Assembly (NCBI GenBank): GCA_040904565.1
Contig: JBBDTI010000045.1
Span: 1-37,874, forward strand
Length of the DNA stretch: 37,874 bases
Direction of reading: 5' to 3'
DNA from: Rhodothermales bacterium
Lineage (GTDB): Bacteria; Bacteroidota; Rhodothermia; Rhodothermales; VXPQ01
Shown here: positions 1 to 10,271 of the stretch, one piece after another
How the letters are laid out: each line of letters begins with the position of its first letter
Numbering within the stretch: position 1 is the stretch's first letter
Notes under the pieces: generated by a model
Told to the model about the DNA's origin: nothing
The model's input: only the letters and a program-made list of their open reading frames with translations
The model's database searches: none
Position numbers and translations under genes: made by a program

Positions 1-651
1 AAATCCAGTAGGGCCCACCACGGTGCCGCGTCCAGAAACGGCTCAGAATAATCGGGCGCCAGAAGCCGTCTACTATCAGGCGCTGTTCGTTATCAGGTCC
101 GGGCCTCCCCTCATCCAGTAGTTCGGGTACGTCATCGTAGACGGATACGCCGGCTCGCGGTCTCGTTCATCGTCTCGTTCAGAGACGAAGGTGCCGAAAT
201 GGCATGCGTTCTGAAGGTTGACGACTGGCGTATGAGCAATTGTCAACACCGCCGCTGCCCAGGATCAGCCGCATTTCGCAGCTCTTCATGGTTCCTTTAC
301 GTAGTTGGGACCGTAATTTGCGGCGTCCTGGGGTGAAGAAACACTCGAAAAGGGCATCCGTTACCGGTTGCCGAAGATCTTGCAGAGATGGCGTGAACTG
401 CTGCTCGGCGGGATAGGTCAAGCGCTTTAGCCGTGGAACCTGATGGTTCTGCTGCTGTTTTCGAGCGCGAATTGGCAAGTAGAACGATCAAATGTGCCTG
501 TATGAATGAAGGCATCAATAGATATACATCGCGATTTTTGTTCAAACCGTTAGCACAGAGGCGGCAGACACCAGGAAAACTGGATTACAAGGCTAAATTG
601 TGGAGTTCTTCCGTAACGGAAGAGCGAGAAACCGATGGCGACGGCGCGTAT

Positions 652-1119
652 GTGTGTCCGCATGCCGAAGAAGTACGTGCCCTGATTGGCAATCTTGAGA
701 ACGGCGTGGCGTTTCAGTCGGTGGCCGTGGCTGCGCTGCAGACGCTCCATAGCGTTTGGTCGGCGGAGAAAAGGGCGGTCGTCGAGGCCATTTCGCTGGC
801 TCAGGGTGAGAAGCTCTGTTCGATGATTCATTCTGCCGAGGAGACGGCGGCGGCCATTTCGGACGCTCTGGATGCGCAGGGGGAGCACATTCTCAATATG
901 GCGCCCGATGCGTCGGTTCGCGAGGAAGGGGACAACTCCTGGTGGTTTGCGCTTACCGAAACCATTCAATCTATCGAAGACGGTACGGATCGCCTCCTTT
1001 CGCTGGCGTCCGGGCAGCCGAAAGGAAGTCCGGCGCGCCGCCTGAGTTCGGTCGTCGTGCGCCTGCTTCGGAAGCAGCATCACGAACTGCTCGTCGAAGC
1101 AGACGCATGGATATCATAG
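652..1119 (+). CDS. hypothetical alpha-helical protein (start uncertain; ORF is open from 433)
   Basis: Protein-like composition from about GTG 652 onward; the upstream part of the ORF lies in AT-richer, promoter-like DNA; 7 nt gap to the next gene. No family recognised. Confidence 0.55.
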   Translation: MCPHAEEVRALIGNLENGVAFQSVAVAALQTLHSVWSAEKRAVVEAISLAQGEKLCSMIHSAEETAAAISDALDAQGEHILNMAPDASVREEGDNSWWFALTETIQSIEDGTDRLLSLASGQPKGSPARRLSSVVVRLLRKQHHELLVEADAWIS

Positions 1120-1126
1120 GCGGCTG

Positions 1127-1501
1127 ATGGCAGATCTGATCGAGCGGCTTCTTCAGTTCGACGACGCCGAGCTGGAAGGGCAGTGGGCTCACGTTGAAGC
1201 GTGGGTGGAGCGGAAGTTCGACCGTGACGCCAGCATTGAAGCTGTCCTGTTTCTGATAGGGATCCAGTCTGCCGGACGAGGCTACGAGCCGGAGATGGAG
1301 AAAGAGGCGAAACAGGATACCATCATGGAGGGCACCTACTGCGCCTTCGAGACGCTCGGTCTCTACGAGCGGATTGGTCTGGACGAGGACGGCTCGTGGA
1401 TCTGGGAGCGCGCCGTGCCCTCCATTCCCCAACTTTCCGTCGATCGGCAAGAAAAATTGCTGAAGCTCGGGATCGTCCGCTACTTCAGCGACGTCTTGTA
1501 G
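1127..1501 (+). CDS. conserved hypothetical protein
   Basis: 124 aa ORF. The 'EAVLFLIGIQ..G' and 'EKEAKQD' segments resemble a small Bacteroidota conserved hypothetical family (from recall); operonic spacing. Confidence 0.7.
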   Translation: MADLIERLLQFDDAELEGQWAHVEAWVERKFDRDASIEAVLFLIGIQSAGRGYEPEMEKEAKQDTIMEGTYCAFETLGLYERIGLDEDGSWIWERAVPSIPQLSVDRQEKLLKLGIVRYFSDVL

Positions 1502-1575
1502 CATATCGTTTCGGCAGATGTGTGAACGCCCTTCGACCGATACGATTCACCCTTCAACGTTCGCGAGAACGCACG

Positions 1576-2289
1576 ATGCATTACCTCATCCTTACGGTCT
1601 CGCTGCTGTTTTTGGCTCTTACGTCACAGGGCGTCGACCCGGCGCTTTATTTTGAGGTGGACACGCCGCAGGGGCGATTCGTCATCAAGCTGTACGATGA
1701 GACGCCCCTTCATCGCGACAACTTCAGGCGCCTCTTAGAAGAAGGCTTCTACGACGGCACGACCTTTCATCGGGTCATCCGGGGATTCATGATTCAGGGC
1801 GGTGATCCGAATTCACTGGACGACGACCCCTATAACGACGGTGCCGGCGATCTGGGCTACACCATCGATGCCGAAATCGTCCCTCACCTCATCCACAAGC
1901 GGGGTGCGATCGCTGCGGCACGGACGGGCGATGCAGTGAATCCCGAACGCGGCTCGAACGGGAGTCAGTTCTACATCGTGCAGGGCCGGACGTTTGACGA
2001 TCTCACGCTGGACCGCGTCGAGCAGCAGATCCGCCAGATGACGGGCGACGTGGAATTTGCGTTTTCCGATACGGCGCGCGCCGTGTATCGAGATATCGGT
2101 GGAGCACCGAATCTAGACGGACAGTATACCGTGTTCGGCGAAGTCGTCGAGGGTATGGACGTCGTCGATTCGCTCGCTGCCGCGGATACGCCGAGGTCGA
2201 CGGGTCGCCAGGTCGATCCGCAGCTCATCGACCGACCCTTCGAGTCGATCCCCATGACGGTGCGGCCGCTGCCCGACTACGTCGAATAG
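1576..2289 (+). CDS. cyclophilin-type peptidyl-prolyl cis-trans isomerase, exported
   Basis: Motifs [38 protein letters not shown] and [14 protein letters not shown]; hydrophobic signal peptide after ATG 1576. Confidence 0.95.
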   Translation: MHYLILTVSLLFLALTSQGVDPALYFEVDTPQGRFVIKLYDETPLHRDNFRRLLEEGFYDGTTFHRVIRGFMIQGGDPNSLDDDPYNDGAGDLGYTIDAEIVPHLIHKRGAIAAARTGDAVNPERGSNGSQFYIVQGRTFDDLTLDRVEQQIRQMTGDVEFAFSDTARAVYRDIGGAPNLDGQYTVFGEVVEGMDVVDSLAAADTPRSTGRQVDPQLIDRPFESIPMTVRPLPDYVE

Positions 2290-2294
2290 GTGTA

Positions 2295-2408
2295 CCTGGC
2301 TGCTCGGAACTGCCGCGAAGGCAGGGGCATTCACAGGATGGATGAAATCGACGCAGCCCGATCGCTGCGTCTTTTTTTTACCCGCCCGAACCTTCATCAT
2401 CCGACCTA
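2295..2408 (+). promoter_or_regulatory. putative structured leader/attenuator RNA upstream of lysS
   Basis: Interrupted hairpin at 2295-2337; alternative pairing of 2298-2306 with 2349-2358; terminator at 2350-2379; outer pairings 2336-2346/2393-2402. Confidence 0.4.
2350..2379 (+). terminator. intrinsic terminator
   Basis: GACGCAGC-ccgatc-GCTGCGTC, a perfect 8-bp stem followed by T8. Confidence 0.8.
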
Positions 2409-2425
2409 CAACACAGGACCGACAG

Positions 2426-3991
2426 ATGCCGAGAGAGCTGAGCGACCAGGAGCTTCGACGCCGCGAAGAGCTGGCGGCGATACGGGAGGAGGGCATCGAC
2501 CCGTATCCGCATTCCTGGGACGTCGACGACAACGCGACGCACATTCTCAAGACATTTGACGAAAACCTCCACCAACCCGGTAAGGATCGTCCCCCCCGTC
2601 AGCAGTATGACGTGTCCGTAGCCGGTCGCATCATGTCGGTGCGTGTAATGGGGAAGGCCGCTTTCTTCGACCTGCAGGACGAATCCGGGACGATACAGAT
2701 CTACGTTCGTCGCGACGACCTCCCCGAGGGGTTCTACAACAAGGTGTTCAAACGCCTCCTCGACATCGGGGATATCGTCGGGGTCCGCGGGTTCGTGTTT
2801 CGGACGCGTATGGGCGAGATCAGCATCCATGCGGAAGAGATCGGCGTTCTCGCCAAATCGTTGCGACCGCTTCCCGTCGTCAAGGAAACCGACGAGGAAG
2901 TTTACAATGAGGTCACGGACAAGGAATTCCGGTACCGCCGGCGCTACGTCGATCTCGTCGTCAATCCCGACGTGCGTGAGGTTTTCCGGCAGCGCGCGCG
3001 ACTGATTTCGACGATGCGGCGGTTCCTGGACGAAAGGGATTACGTTGAGGTCGAAACGCCCGTGCTCCAGCCCGTCTATGGGGGCGCGTCGGCGCGGCCG
3101 TTTACCACGCACCACAATGCGCTGGACATGAAGCTGTATCTGCGCATTGCCGACGAGCTGTATCTGAAGCGGCTGCTCGTGGGCGGTTTCACGGGCGTGT
3201 ACGAGATATCGAAGGACTTCCGGAATGAAGGCCTCAGCCGGTTCCACAACCCGGAGTTCACGATGATGGAGCTCTACGTCGCGTTTAAGGACTACCGGTG
3301 GATGATGGATCTCGTCGAGGAGCTGATCGAGCACATTGCGACGGAGCTCCACGGTGTGCCCGAAGTGGAGGTGGGAGACCGCACGATCTCGTTCCGGAGA
3401 CCGTGGCGGCGCGTGCCCCTGTTCGATGCGATCGAGGAAGCTACGGGAGAACAGCTCGAGGGACTCGACCGGGACGAGCTCAAAGCCGTCGCGCGTAAGC
3501 TGGGCGTGGATGTGGACGACAGTATGGGCAAGGGTAAGCTCATCGATGAAATCTTCGGTGAGAGGGTAGAGCCGAAGCTGATTCAGCCGACCTTCATTAC
3601 CGACTATCCCATCGAACTCAGTCCGCTTGCCAAACGCCATCGCGAGAAAGAGGGCATCGTCGAGCGATTTGAACTGATCTGCAACGCCAAGGAGATTTGC
3701 AACGCGTTCAGTGAATTGAACGACCCCGACGACCAGCGAGCCCGGTTCGAAGAGCAGGCCCGGCTGCGTGCGGAGGGCGATGACGAGGCGATGCAGCTCG
3801 ATGAAGATTTCATCCGTGCGCTCGAATACGGCATGCCTCCGGCTGCCGGACTCGGCATCGGCATCGATCGCCTGACGATGCTGATGACAGGCCAGGATTC
3901 GATTCGCGACGTCATCCTATTCCCGCTTTTGCGTCCGGAATCCATTCGCGAGAAGGCGGAGCCGGGCGAGCGCGTTGTCGACGAAGAGTAG
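2426..3991 (+). CDS. lysS: lysine--tRNA ligase (class II)
   Basis: OB-fold '[21 protein letters not shown]'; motifs [42 protein letters not shown] and [16 protein letters not shown]. Confidence 0.98.
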   Translation: MPRELSDQELRRREELAAIREEGIDPYPHSWDVDDNATHILKTFDENLHQPGKDRPPRQQYDVSVAGRIMSVRVMGKAAFFDLQDESGTIQIYVRRDDLPEGFYNKVFKRLLDIGDIVGVRGFVFRTRMGEISIHAEEIGVLAKSLRPLPVVKETDEEVYNEVTDKEFRYRRRYVDLVVNPDVREVFRQRARLISTMRRFLDERDYVEVETPVLQPVYGGASARPFTTHHNALDMKLYLRIADELYLKRLLVGGFTGVYEISKDFRNEGLSRFHNPEFTMMELYVAFKDYRWMMDLVEELIEHIATELHGVPEVEVGDRTISFRRPWRRVPLFDAIEEATGEQLEGLDRDELKAVARKLGVDVDDSMGKGKLIDEIFGERVEPKLIQPTFITDYPIELSPLAKRHREKEGIVERFELICNAKEICNAFSELNDPDDQRARFEEQARLRAEGDDEAMQLDEDFIRALEYGMPPAAGLGIGIDRLTMLMTGQDSIRDVILFPLLRPESIREKAEPGERVVDEE

Positions 3992-4006
3992 ACGGGAGAT
4001 CGTCTC

Positions 4007-5302
4007 TTGGAAGCTCGCAGATCGACCCGTCACGACGTCGACGTAGACGAGCCCGCGGGCTACCGGGAGCTCGTCCGGGAGAACGTACATTTCCGGCGCC
4101 TCTGGCTGGGGAATCTCATCTCACTCCTGGGCGACTGGTTCAACACGATTGCGCTCTACACGCTCGTCGCCGAGCTGACGGGGTCGCCGTTTGCGCTCGG
4201 GGCCGTCTTCATTACGAAGATGCTGCCATCGGCCGTAGCGTCGCCGGTAGCCGGACTCATCGTCGACCGCTTCAATCGCAGGCGGCTGATGATCGTCTCA
4301 GACCTGCTCCGAGCCGTGGTCGTGCTCGGTCTCCTCCTGGTGAAGGACGCCGGGGACGTATACCTGGTCTACGTGCTCACGACGATGCAGGTCGTGATCG
4401 GCTCCGTCTTTGAGCCGGCGAAGAGCAGCTCGCTGCCTAATATCACGACGCCCCGCGAGCTGCTGACGGCCAATACGATCATGTCCGCCACCTGGAGCGT
4501 CATGCTCGCCGCCGGCGCGGCGCTCGGCGGATTCGCGACGCAGTGGCTGGGCGTGGAGGCCGTCTTCATCATCGACAGCATGACGTACCTGGTGTCGGCC
4601 TATTTCATCTACCGGACGGTCATACCTCAGGAGACCGAGGAAGCGCCGCCGTCGGGGTTCGTACGGGCCGCGGCGCGGGATATCCGCGAAGGCTTCCGGC
4701 ATCTCGTCACCCACCCACGCATCGGCCGCATCGCCCTCGCGAAGGCGACCTGGGCCGCTGCCGGCGGCGGACTCGTATTCATGCTCACCCTGCTCGGTGA
4801 AGCGCTGAGTCCACAGGCCACCGCGATCGGCATTGGGATCCTGTTCGCCACGCGCGGGCTCGGTACGGGTGTCGGCCCGGTGCTGGCGCGCTGGCTGTTC
4901 GTCGACCGCACCCTGTGGCCCACCGTGATCGGCTCGTGCGTGCTGATAAGCGGCGTGATGTACGCGGCGATCGGACTCGTGCCGTGGACGTATCTGGTAG
5001 CGGGCCTGGTGCTCGTCGCCCACGCGGCGAGCGGCGCCAACTGGGTGCTGGCGACCGTCATGCTTCAGAAGCGCACCGTCGACCGCGTCCGCGGACGCGT
5101 CTTCGCGGCCGAATGGCTGTTCGTGATGCTCGCGGATTCGGTTTCGATCTTCGTCGCGAGCGTGCTGCTGGAGACCTCGTTGTTCGATCTGCAACGTGCT
5201 TTCGTCGTCTTCGGAACGCTGCAGGCGCTCTGCGGCGCCGCGTGGCTTGCTATCGTCGTGCCCAGAGAGAACGCTGCTGAGCACGCCGATCCGGGCTCAT
5301 AA
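4007..5302 (+). CDS. MFS transporter (H+ antiporter/MefA-like)
   Basis: About 12 hydrophobic helices; '[17 protein letters not shown]'; motif A '[13 protein letters not shown]'; 'VRGRVFA'. Confidence 0.9.
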   Translation: MEARRSTRHDVDVDEPAGYRELVRENVHFRRLWLGNLISLLGDWFNTIALYTLVAELTGSPFALGAVFITKMLPSAVASPVAGLIVDRFNRRRLMIVSDLLRAVVVLGLLLVKDAGDVYLVYVLTTMQVVIGSVFEPAKSSSLPNITTPRELLTANTIMSATWSVMLAAGAALGGFATQWLGVEAVFIIDSMTYLVSAYFIYRTVIPQETEEAPPSGFVRAAARDIREGFRHLVTHPRIGRIALAKATWAAAGGGLVFMLTLLGEALSPQATAIGIGILFATRGLGTGVGPVLARWLFVDRTLWPTVIGSCVLISGVMYAAIGLVPWTYLVAGLVLVAHAASGANWVLATVMLQKRTVDRVRGRVFAAEWLFVMLADSVSIFVASVLLETSLFDLQRAFVVFGTLQALCGAAWLAIVVPRENAAEHADPGS

Positions 5303-5407
5303 GGTCGCCGTCGACATCCCGTTTTTTCGCGGACTCCGTGGTTTTGGCGTCGTATTTGCGGATCTGTAGGATGTGGACGATGATATCTCAAATTGGGACG
5401 ACGCTCG

Positions 5408-8146
5408 ATGGCGTATCCTGAATGGACGGACCCCCTGAGTGAAGCTTCCGTACGCGCGTTCGGCGCGACGGACAGCCTCACGTTATCGATCGCGGAAATC
5501 GGGCCTGACGGCACCGTGCGCGCTATCAACGCATCAGGTCGCCGTACCTGGGGCTGGACGGAAGGGTCCAGGCTCCCGAACGTGCTTCGAATCGGGTTGA
5601 GCGAACTGGAGCCCGGGGAACTGCGCGTGGTGCCGATTGCCGCGGGTGGCCCGGCCGTCCTGGGCGTTCGACACGAGCCTGTCGGAGGATGGCTGCTCGT
5701 CGATTCCGGTACGTACGAAGGAGCCGATGGGTCCAGCTTTCGGTCTCTAATCGAGAATATGCCGGTTTGTGTGACCCTGCTTCGGGCCGACGGGACCGTA
5801 ACCTATGCGAATGCCGAGGCGGCGGCCGTGACCGGATACGAGGCGGAGGAGATAGAAGGGCGTGCGTTCTGGACGGATGCCATCCATCCCGAAGACCGAT
5901 GGAAGCTGACGGACGGTCTCCGCCGAGCGGGCGAGGGGGAGCACGTCTCGATGGCCGTTCGATTTTTAACCAGACACCGAGGCCCTCGCCGCGCGGAACT
6001 TCACCTCTTTTCACCGTCGTCGCGTACTACGCCGATCGTAGAGTGCGTGGCCTTCGACGTAACGGAGCGGAGCGAGGTCGAAGAGGCGCTCTTCCAGAGT
6101 GAGGCCCTGTATCGCATCTTTCTGGAGCAGAGTCCGGTCGGTATGCTGCATCTCGATGCGGCCGGCACGGTTACGTTCGAGAACCACCAGTTTCGTCAGA
6201 TTATCGGCGAGAATGTGGAGGACGCGTGGATCGGACGGTCCGTTTCCGACATCGATGCCCTCGATGCGCGATCCAGGGTGCTCGTCGGCAGCCTGATCTC
6301 GGAGGGGGAACCGTTCCACGGCGAGACGGCGGTGTATCGCAGGCGGAAGGGCGGAGTTCAGCATCTGCTTCTACACGGTTCACCCATCTTCCATCCGGAG
6401 GGCGGCATCGTCGGCGGCGTCGTGATGGTCGAAGATCGCACGGACGAGCGGCGAAGAAAGGAGGAGCTCGCGCTTCGGAGTCGTTATGCCTCCGCCGAAT
6501 CCGAGCTCCGAAAGGCCGCGCTATCCGACGAAGGCCAGCAGGCGTTTCTTGACCAGGCCGCGGCGATACTCGGAGAAAGCACCGCAGCGGATCGCGTCTT
6601 GATCCTTACGAATAATGCGGCTGACGACTGCTGCAGCCACCGAGCACAGTGGCGGCGGCAGGGCGTAGACGAGCCCGATCCGGTCGTCATCCTCCATCAC
6701 GAGGAGCCGGTTCTCAAACATTTGATTGCAGAGCGGGGCAGTCTGCACGTCGACAACGCGCAGCCGAATGTCGACCTCCACCCACTTCTGCAGCTCACCG
6801 GTGCGTATGAAAGCATCTGGACCCCGTTTTTTGATGAATCGAGGCTCGGTGGTTTCGTCGTCCTCGAACGGGTGGACGTCACCACGGACGGGGCGCGTCT
6901 CACCTGGCGTGAAACGGAGCGGCACCTCGTCGAACAGCTCGTTCGCCTGTTCGAGACGCTCTGGTCCTGGATGCTGGCTGGAAGCCGTTTTCGGCACATC
7001 ACGGCTACGATCGAGGACTGCCTCTTCACCTATACGTTCGACGAGGACGGGGAGCGGCGGTATCTATTTCTTACCTCGCAGATCGAATCACTTACCGGCT
7101 ACACGTCGGACGAAATCATCAGCCGTGACGGTCCACCTGCCCGGTGGTCGGAGCGCGTCGTACACGACGAGGATCAGCGGATGGTGGATCGCCACGACGA
7201 GGTGCTGCGAGACGGTCGGGAGAGCCGTGTAAGCTATCGCATCCGACATGCCGACGGCTCCGTCCGATGGCTGCAGGAGCAGGCTACGCCCGAAACGGAT
7301 GGCATGGGCGACGTGATCGTGAGCGGCATTCTCGCCGACGTTACGGAGCAGAAGGCGGCCGAGGAAGTCCTGACGGACGCCAGACGGCAGGCGGAATCCG
7401 CCAACCGGCTCAAGAGCGCCTTCATTGCGACGATGAGCCATGAGATCCGTACTCCGATGGGTGCCGTGAACGGCTTCGCCGAACTGCTCACCCGCGAGCT
7501 GGCCGAGCTCGAGGACCGGGGCGTCGAACTCCCCTCCCAGGTTATTGAGTTTCTGGAGGCGATCCGGGACAATTCAAAACGGCTTCTGACGCTCGTAAAC
7601 GATCTCTTCGATCTTTCGAATCTCGAAGTGGGCTCCATTGAATTGAATCGGCGCGACGTGCCCGTGCACGAGCTGGTCATGCGATCGACGAGCAAGGTTG
7701 CCGTTCCGCTATCACGCAAAGGGGTCGACTTCCGGGTCGATCTGGTCGACGCCGATCCCATGGTCGTTGTCGACGCACAGCGGTTGGAACAGGTGCTCGA
7801 CAATTTGCTGTCGAATGCCGTCAAGTTCACGCAGGAAGGGAGCGTGTCGGTGCACACGGAGCTCGAAACCGGGTGGGTCGTCGTCGAGGTGGCCGATACG
7901 GGCGTCGGCATCGCGAAAGAACATCTGTCGAGCCTCTTCGAACCCTTCGTTCAGGAAGACAGCCGCTTGAACCGGAAGTTTGAAGGATCGGGGCTCGGCC
8001 TATCGCTCGTCAAGCGGCTGCTCGACCTGATGGACGGGCGCATCGAGGTCGAGAGTGAGAAAGGCGAAGGTTCGACGTTCCGTATCAAGCTGCCTGACGC
8101 GAATGCGGCGCAGGACGCGACTCAGCCGGTGCGATATGAGCTGTGA
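5408..8146 (+). CDS. soluble multi-sensor histidine kinase (PAS-PAS-GAF-PAS-HisKA-HATPase)
   Basis: PAS motifs (YANAEAAAVTGY, IHPEDR, RIRHADGSVRW); GAF 'ADRVLIL'; H-box FIATMSHEIRTPM; N-box QVLDNLLSNAVKFT; G boxes DTGVGI and GSGLGL. No transmembrane segment seen. Confidence 0.93.
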   Translation: MAYPEWTDPLSEASVRAFGATDSLTLSIAEIGPDGTVRAINASGRRTWGWTEGSRLPNVLRIGLSELEPGELRVVPIAAGGPAVLGVRHEPVGGWLLVDSGTYEGADGSSFRSLIENMPVCVTLLRADGTVTYANAEAAAVTGYEAEEIEGRAFWTDAIHPEDRWKLTDGLRRAGEGEHVSMAVRFLTRHRGPRRAELHLFSPSSRTTPIVECVAFDVTERSEVEEALFQSEALYRIFLEQSPVGMLHLDAAGTVTFENHQFRQIIGENVEDAWIGRSVSDIDALDARSRVLVGSLISEGEPFHGETAVYRRRKGGVQHLLLHGSPIFHPEGGIVGGVVMVEDRTDERRRKEELALRSRYASAESELRKAALSDEGQQAFLDQAAAILGESTAADRVLILTNNAADDCCSHRAQWRRQGVDEPDPVVILHHEEPVLKHLIAERGSLHVDNAQPNVDLHPLLQLTGAYESIWTPFFDESRLGGFVVLERVDVTTDGARLTWRETERHLVEQLVRLFETLWSWMLAGSRFRHITATIEDCLFTYTFDEDGERRYLFLTSQIESLTGYTSDEIISRDGPPARWSERVVHDEDQRMVDRHDEVLRDGRESRVSYRIRHADGSVRWLQEQATPETDGMGDVIVSGILADVTEQKAAEEVLTDARRQAESANRLKSAFIATMSHEIRTPMGAVNGFAELLTRELAELEDRGVELPSQVIEFLEAIRDNSKRLLTLVNDLFDLSNLEVGSIELNRRDVPVHELVMRSTSKVAVPLSRKGVDFRVDLVDADPMVVVDAQRLEQVLDNLLSNAVKFTQEGSVSVHTELETGWVVVEVADTGVGIAKEHLSSLFEPFVQEDSRLNRKFEGSGLGLSLVKRLLDLMDGRIEVESEKGEGSTFRIKLPDANAAQDATQPVRYEL

Positions 8147-8240
8147 GACAGGCCACCAGATGTGAGGCCGGATGTGAGGCCCGGCCGCATCCGTGCGACC
8201 GGCGGGCTGCCCATCCGCGTTTCACTGTGCGACCCGCGGG

Positions 8241-9194
8241 CTATGTATCCGCGTTCCGCTGCGCGACCCGCACGTTTCGTTGGAACCCATCGTGTTTTGT
8301 CCGCTTGATCGGGCTCTTTTGGAAGCGATCTCGAAACGTTTCGAGATCCATTTCCTCCCACTCCACGAGCGGCGTGTTCGTCGTACCCGGCCGGGGCGCG
8401 TACCGCTCTTCCGTCGTAGGTTTCTTGAATTTATTCCAGGGGCACACGTCCTGACAGATGTCGCATCCGAAGACCCAGTTGTCGAAATCAGGCTGGATGT
8501 CCTCGGGAATGTCGTCGCCCCGGTGTTCGATCGTCCAGTACGATATGCAGCGGTTGGAATCCACGACATACGGTTGGTAAATCGCATCGGTCGGACAGGC
8601 ATCGATGCACCGGGTGCAGGATCCGCAAAAGTCGCCCGTCGAGCGGTCGTATTCGAACGGTACGTCGACGATCAGCTCACCGATGAAGAAGTACGATCCG
8701 AGCGATCGGTTGATGAGATTGGTGTGCTTGCCGATCCATCCCAGTCCACTCCGCTGGGCCCATACTTTGTCCAGCACCGGCGCAGAGTCGACAAACACCC
8801 GCCCCTCTATGCCGCCTGCCGCCTCGTCCAACCAATCGAACAGGGCATAGAGCTTCTCCTTCATTACGTAGTGATAGTCATCTCCCCAGGCGTACCGGCT
8901 GATGCGCCCAATATGCGGGTCGGTGGGAGGCTCCTGAGGCTGGTAATAAGATTGTAGCACGGATACGACGCTGCGGGCGCCTTCGACGAGACGGCGGGGA
9001 TCGACGCGCTTCTCGAAGTGGTTATCCATCCATCCCATACTGGCGTGCCGCCCCTGTAACAGCCACTCCTCCAGGCGCTGCGCCTGCTCGTCGAGCCGAA
9101 CGGCCTTCGATGCGCCGCAGGCATCGAAGCCCAACTCGATGGCTCGCTGCTTGAGCGCTCGGGTAAGCTCTTCGGATGAAGTGGATGTGGACAT
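8241..9194 (-). CDS. queG: epoxyqueuosine reductase
   Basis: ISRYAWGDDYH, FVDSAPVLDK, GLGWIGKHTNLI and the 4Fe-4S motifs CGSCTRCIDACPT and FGCDICQDVCPWN. Confidence 0.96.
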   Translation of the reverse strand: MSTSTSSEELTRALKQRAIELGFDACGASKAVRLDEQAQRLEEWLLQGRHASMGWMDNHFEKRVDPRRLVEGARSVVSVLQSYYQPQEPPTDPHIGRISRYAWGDDYHYVMKEKLYALFDWLDEAAGGIEGRVFVDSAPVLDKVWAQRSGLGWIGKHTNLINRSLGSYFFIGELIVDVPFEYDRSTGDFCGSCTRCIDACPTDAIYQPYVVDSNRCISYWTIEHRGDDIPEDIQPDFDNWVFGCDICQDVCPWNKFKKPTTEERYAPRPGTTNTPLVEWEEMDLETFRDRFQKSPIKRTKHDGFQRNVRVAQRNADT

Positions 9195-9288
9195 CTGAGG
9201 CACAGCCTGTTGGAATTATCAGCATATATGAACGGCTGTCCAATGGGCATTGATTCTTGGTGCATAGCAGTCATCCGAAGCGGGCGGT

Positions 9289-9357
9289 CCACTCCAGGCG
9301 GCGCGTCCCTTCCACCTCAGGCGGCGCGTCCCTTCCACCTCAGGCGGCGCGTCCCTT
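9289..9357. repeat. 23-bp tandem repeat x3
   Basis: CCACTCCAGGCGGCGCGTCCCTT (9289-9311), then CCACCTCAGGCGGCGCGTCCCTT twice (9312-9334, 9335-9357); no spacers. Confidence 0.95.
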
Positions 9358-9625
9358 CAGTTCAGCGTACCTGCCCCTTACGTGTCGTCGGGCCCCGTCC
9401 CTTCCTCCCGACGCATGCGAGCCGATCCATGCCGCGGCACGTGTTTTGACATAGATTCCGTGGTGAAGGAACGGCTCCCGGCGAAAACCACGGGAGGAAG
9501 TGTGCCGTCATCTCCTGTCGAAACGGTGCAGAGAGCCGTCATCACGGGCCGCAGCTTCGTGAGAGAACGTGAAGCGACGCGGGTAGAATTTTCCACATAC
9601 GTAAGAACCGATCAGCGCATACGTC

Positions 9626-10171
9626 ATGTCGATACGGGTATTGGGTAGAATTTTAAGTGCCGGTTTCATTCTCCTGGCATGTTCGGGATGTGCGTCCGTC
9701 CAAACGGTCGAGACGCACGGCGGCGATGCCTCCTTCAACCAGCTCAATCGAGCCGTGAAGGGTAAGGTCGTGCGCGTCCGTCTCCTGGACGGGTCGGAGA
9801 TGAACGTCGTCGGCGTACAGGTCGATGCAGACTCGCTCAGCTGGCTGGATCGAGAAGCGAACACGCTCGTGGCGATATCGACGGGTGACGTCGCCGAAAT
9901 CAGCGTGGTCAAGACGGAGTCGGGGGCGCTGCGCGGACTACTCGTTGGTGCGATTGCCGGCGCGGTGGCTGGTGGTGTCCGTGCGGCGGCGGAGGGAGAC
10001 GATCCCAACATGGGTGCGGATCCGCTCGCCAAGACGCGTGACGAGAAGCTGCGCATATATCCGGCTGCCCACGCCGTGTACGCTGTGCTGGTTACGACGC
10101 CGGTCGGAGCGATCCTGGGAACGCGCCAGATCTACCGCGTCGAGCGGGGTGGGTTGGTAGTCGTTCCGTAA
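9626..10171 (+). CDS. hypothetical lipoprotein
   Basis: Signal peptide with lipobox-like 'ILLAC/SGC'; Gly/Ala-rich hydrophobic segments in the C-terminal half. Confidence 0.7.
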   Translation: MSIRVLGRILSAGFILLACSGCASVQTVETHGGDASFNQLNRAVKGKVVRVRLLDGSEMNVVGVQVDADSLSWLDREANTLVAISTGDVAEISVVKTESGALRGLLVGAIAGAVAGGVRAAAEGDDPNMGADPLAKTRDEKLRIYPAAHAVYAVLVTTPVGAILGTRQIYRVERGGLVVVP

Positions 10172-10209
10172 CCGTGGTATCGTCGGACCCCTCAACTGCC
10201 GCAAAACAC

Positions 10210-10249
10210 AAAAAAAGCGGGCCCGCCAATTTGGCGGGCCCGCTTTTTT
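10210..10249. terminator. bidirectional intrinsic terminator
   Basis: A7-GCGGGCCCGCCAA-t-TTGGCGGGCCCGC-T6 between convergent genes. Confidence 0.93.
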
Positions 10250-10271
10250 GATTAGCCTTGCGCTAAGCCGA

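Noticed and set aside
1-478. Minus-strand ORFs at the left edge (179..478, and an open frame over 1-160)
   Set aside because: No recognisable motif. The edge frame has an in-frame TGA upstream and no start, and the 36-aa ORF from ATG 289 has only a weak RBS as support.
2290-2425. T-box or lysine riboswitch upstream of lysS
   Set aside because: No T-box GGTGG-ACC consensus, and the region is too short for either family.
8160-8181. Short direct repeat ATGTGAGGCC x2 between the kinase gene and queG
   Set aside because: Too short, with no associated structure.
9289-9357. CRISPR array
   Set aside because: The units are directly adjacent with no unique spacers, and there are no cas genes.
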